This document shows, one piece after another, positions 61,685 through 64,000 of a DNA stretch of 64,000 nt (position 1 is its first letter; each line of letters opens with the position of its first letter). This DNA comes from Takakia lepidozioides (taxonomy: Eukaryota > Plantae > Bryophyta): the NCBI GenBank assembly GCA_030704615.1, contig CM060733.1, forward strand, positions 29,388,001 through 29,452,000. Direction: 5' to 3'. The notes beneath the pieces were generated by a model. The model had not been told where the DNA came from and searched no databases. It saw nothing but the letters and a program-made list of their open reading frames with translations. The translations under genes were made by a program, and so were the position numbers.

Positions 61685-61999
61685 CTGTAGGCAGATGCGA
61701 TGAGATATTGGGGTGCCGCACACCGAATGTAGCAGCTTCTGCCAGCATTCCGCCGATGCACCATCTCACCATATATTCAAGCAATTGCCAGCCTTTGCAA
61801 TGCCCACATTACAGATTCTGCTCACCAGGCGTTCTGATGACCACTCTCTCTCTCTCTCTCAAAGTTGGAGGCCGCATTCGTCTCTCTCACACACATTTCA
61901 AGGCTGTGCATCCTTCTCTCTCTCTGGCAATTTCCTCAAAAACTGAGAAAAAAACTTCGGAAGATGTAAGTAGTAAAAAGAGCAACTCCATTGGAGTGC

Positions 62000-62083
62000 T
62001 GCTGGCTGTGGGGTTTGAACCCACGCGTGCTGAAGCACAGGCGATCTTAAGTCGCCCCCCTTAGACCACTCGGGCAAGCCAGC
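62000..62083 (-). tRNA. tRNA-Leu(UAA)
   Basis: Acceptor stem GCTGGCT/AGCCAGC, D-arm GAGTGGTCTAAG, anticodon arm GGCGA-CTTAAGA-TCGCC, long variable arm, GGTTCAAACC T-loop. Confidence 0.95.
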
Positions 62084-62131
62084 CTTTGCATCGTAATACT
62101 TTCCAGGGTGTTATATTTATATCTTTAAAGT

Positions 62132-62443
62132 TTGATGATAGAAAACACTATGTATGTATGGCAAATGTGCTTTCCCCTCGCTCGGTCAGGTCTCTCTCTC
62201 TACCTCCTTACCAATCAAAACCTTAAACCCTCCATGCAAATCCACCATCCAGACCTTAATCTTATCAAAGCAATCATTGATATTGTTTCCTCTTTGCCAC
62301 TACAAATCCACATACACAAAGTTCGGTCTCATACACACATAGTGGGCAATGGAATAGCGGACCAAATGGCTCAACTTGATCCACTCAACCTATTGCCAAC
62401 CCATCTAATGACCATATTTATTTGGCACACATATCCATTCTAG
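62132..62443 (+). mobile_element. RNase H fragment of a non-LTR retrotransposon (probably continues after the hAT insertion)
   Basis: HIHKVRSHTHIVGNGIADQMA matches the V..H.GI.GNE.AD.LA motif. Confidence 0.7.
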
Positions 62444-62454
62444 CTGGTCTCAAC

Positions 62455-63389
62455 CAGTGTTGTGCGGGTCCGGGTTTTGAAGGCGGGTACCCTGGCGGGT
62501 TAGGATCCAGGTTACCCGGATCAGCAACCGGACCCGTGCTATCACAAAAAACCCGGACCCTGACCCGGGTTCATTTCTAAAATGAACGAGGAACCGGACC
62601 CGCCTGCTGGGTACAGAACCCCTTAAGCCCACTACCCGCGAGCCAATGTAGCGGGTCCGGTCTTAATTTTAAATTGGGCACCTGGGGTCCACCTTAGATT
62701 TGGTAGGTTTTGTCATATGTGTGTGGAGGGGACCAGCAGCAATAGGCCACTGCAGCGGCCAGCCCCACCACGCTATAGCCCAGTGGTAATGCCCACACAC
62801 CACCTCAAAAGCGGTTGTGGGTTCAATCCACGGAGTGGTGTCACAAAGTTGTGCCCTATGGGACCATAATTTACACCTCCCAAAGGAGGCGTCTTATATT
62901 ATTATTAGGCCAGATCCCACACATCCATGCTATAGTGATCTACCCTTGAGGCATATTACTATTCTTAACATGTTTAAAGAATTGATATTGAAAAATAGAA
63001 AATGGAACTCAAACTTCTATTTTAATTCTTATTCGTGGTATACATATTCATATTCATGGTATATTTTGAAGGAATTTCTTTTAAAATAAAATTCATTATT
63101 AGGATTTAAAGTTTTTTCCAGCCAAAATAATTTTATCCCTAATTAATCTTATTTTTCTAATTTATTTAATCAATAAATTAGGACCCGGATCCGAACCCAT
63201 GAACCCGCTAATATTTCCCAATAACTACCCGGACCCTAACCCGAGTCCGTGTTGACAAATCTGGACCCGAACCCGGACCCCGATTTTCCAAATTTCAAAA
63301 ACCCGGATCCGGACCCGGACTTGGCTCCGAAAAAAACCCACACCCGGACCCGGCGGGTTCCTTAAAAAGGCAGAACCCGCACAACCCTG
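62455..63389. mobile_element. Non-autonomous hAT element
   Basis: 8-bp TSD GTCTCAAC (62447-62454 and 63390-63397), TIR CAG(T/G)GTTGTGCGGGT, many subterminal ACCCG motifs. Confidence 0.92.
62770..62907 (+). mobile_element. tRNA-derived SINE inside the hAT element
   Basis: A-box TAGCCCAGTGGTAA, B-box GGTTCAATCC, 3' hairpin CCTCCCAAAGGAGG, (ATT)n tail. Confidence 0.75.
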
Positions 63390-64000
63390 GTCTCAACTAA
63401 GGCTAGATTCCCAGATATAGTCCATATGGGATCTACGTACGTACATTGTAGGAGAAATCAAAGAACTACTAGAGGCATCCCGCACCTACACAAATTCCTA
63501 CATACCCTAGGGGGTCTCCTCCCCACACCTACTACACAACATGTTCCTCTATAGTTATCGATGCCCAAATTAGACAAACACTACGATTTCGATATGGCCA
63601 AATACATGGGTAACCAAGACGAACCATGTCCTGGCCTTTATTATACCCTAACAAACATTGTACGTTATGCCATGTCTAACCACCCAGAATAGATATATGG
63701 CCACACCTTCTTGACATAATCAAGGAGTTAACTATTGCTAAAAGTTTGTGTCACACCTTAGGTCCAGATGGTTGAACCTCATCAATGCAGAAACGTTCCA
63801 AGGAAGGCAATCAGATCCCCCTATACTCTACCATGCACATGGGTCCACCCTTGTTGCTGCCTATGAAGACTATGTCCGGATATCTTACTTTTTCATGGTC
63901 TCCCTATCATATCGGCATTACCGACAATGCCACTCTCATCCCTCACCATTCATATTATAGACTTTGCATTCGATAGTACCCAGACCAATCGATTACATAT

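Overview
This is eukaryotic land-plant DNA, probably a bryophyte/moss (inferred from gene and TE content, not proven). About the first 46 kb is nested transposons. The rest holds one intact 11-exon SPARK-domain receptor-like kinase gene (minus strand), a tRNA-Leu(UAA) gene and small TEs. The main system is two copies (A: 1-8515, running off the left edge; B: 30338-41731, complete) of a Ty3/Gypsy-type retrotransposon. Its polyprotein order is Gag - zinc knuckles - protease - DNMT3-like C5 cytosine methyltransferase - RT - RNase H - DDE integrase - PHD finger. Copy B lacks ordinary LTRs and instead has split direct repeats (X...ORFs...Y-X-Y) inside a 4-bp TSD, with an att-like CA-AC-TG junction between Y and X, which suggests integration from a circular intermediate. 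Neither copy has a recognisable tRNA PBS; the PBS position is complementary to the loop of a covarying hairpin in the terminal repeat, suggesting self-priming. Copy A also carries intronless host-gene fragments (glycolate oxidase, TruA, Phi-1, PAS) in its leader. Other oddities are piggyBac-like TTAA elements and a TE-like block with a degenerate amino-methyltransferase fold, an FCP1-like domain and Pol II CTD-like heptads. All calls come from reading the sequence by eye; no searches were run.
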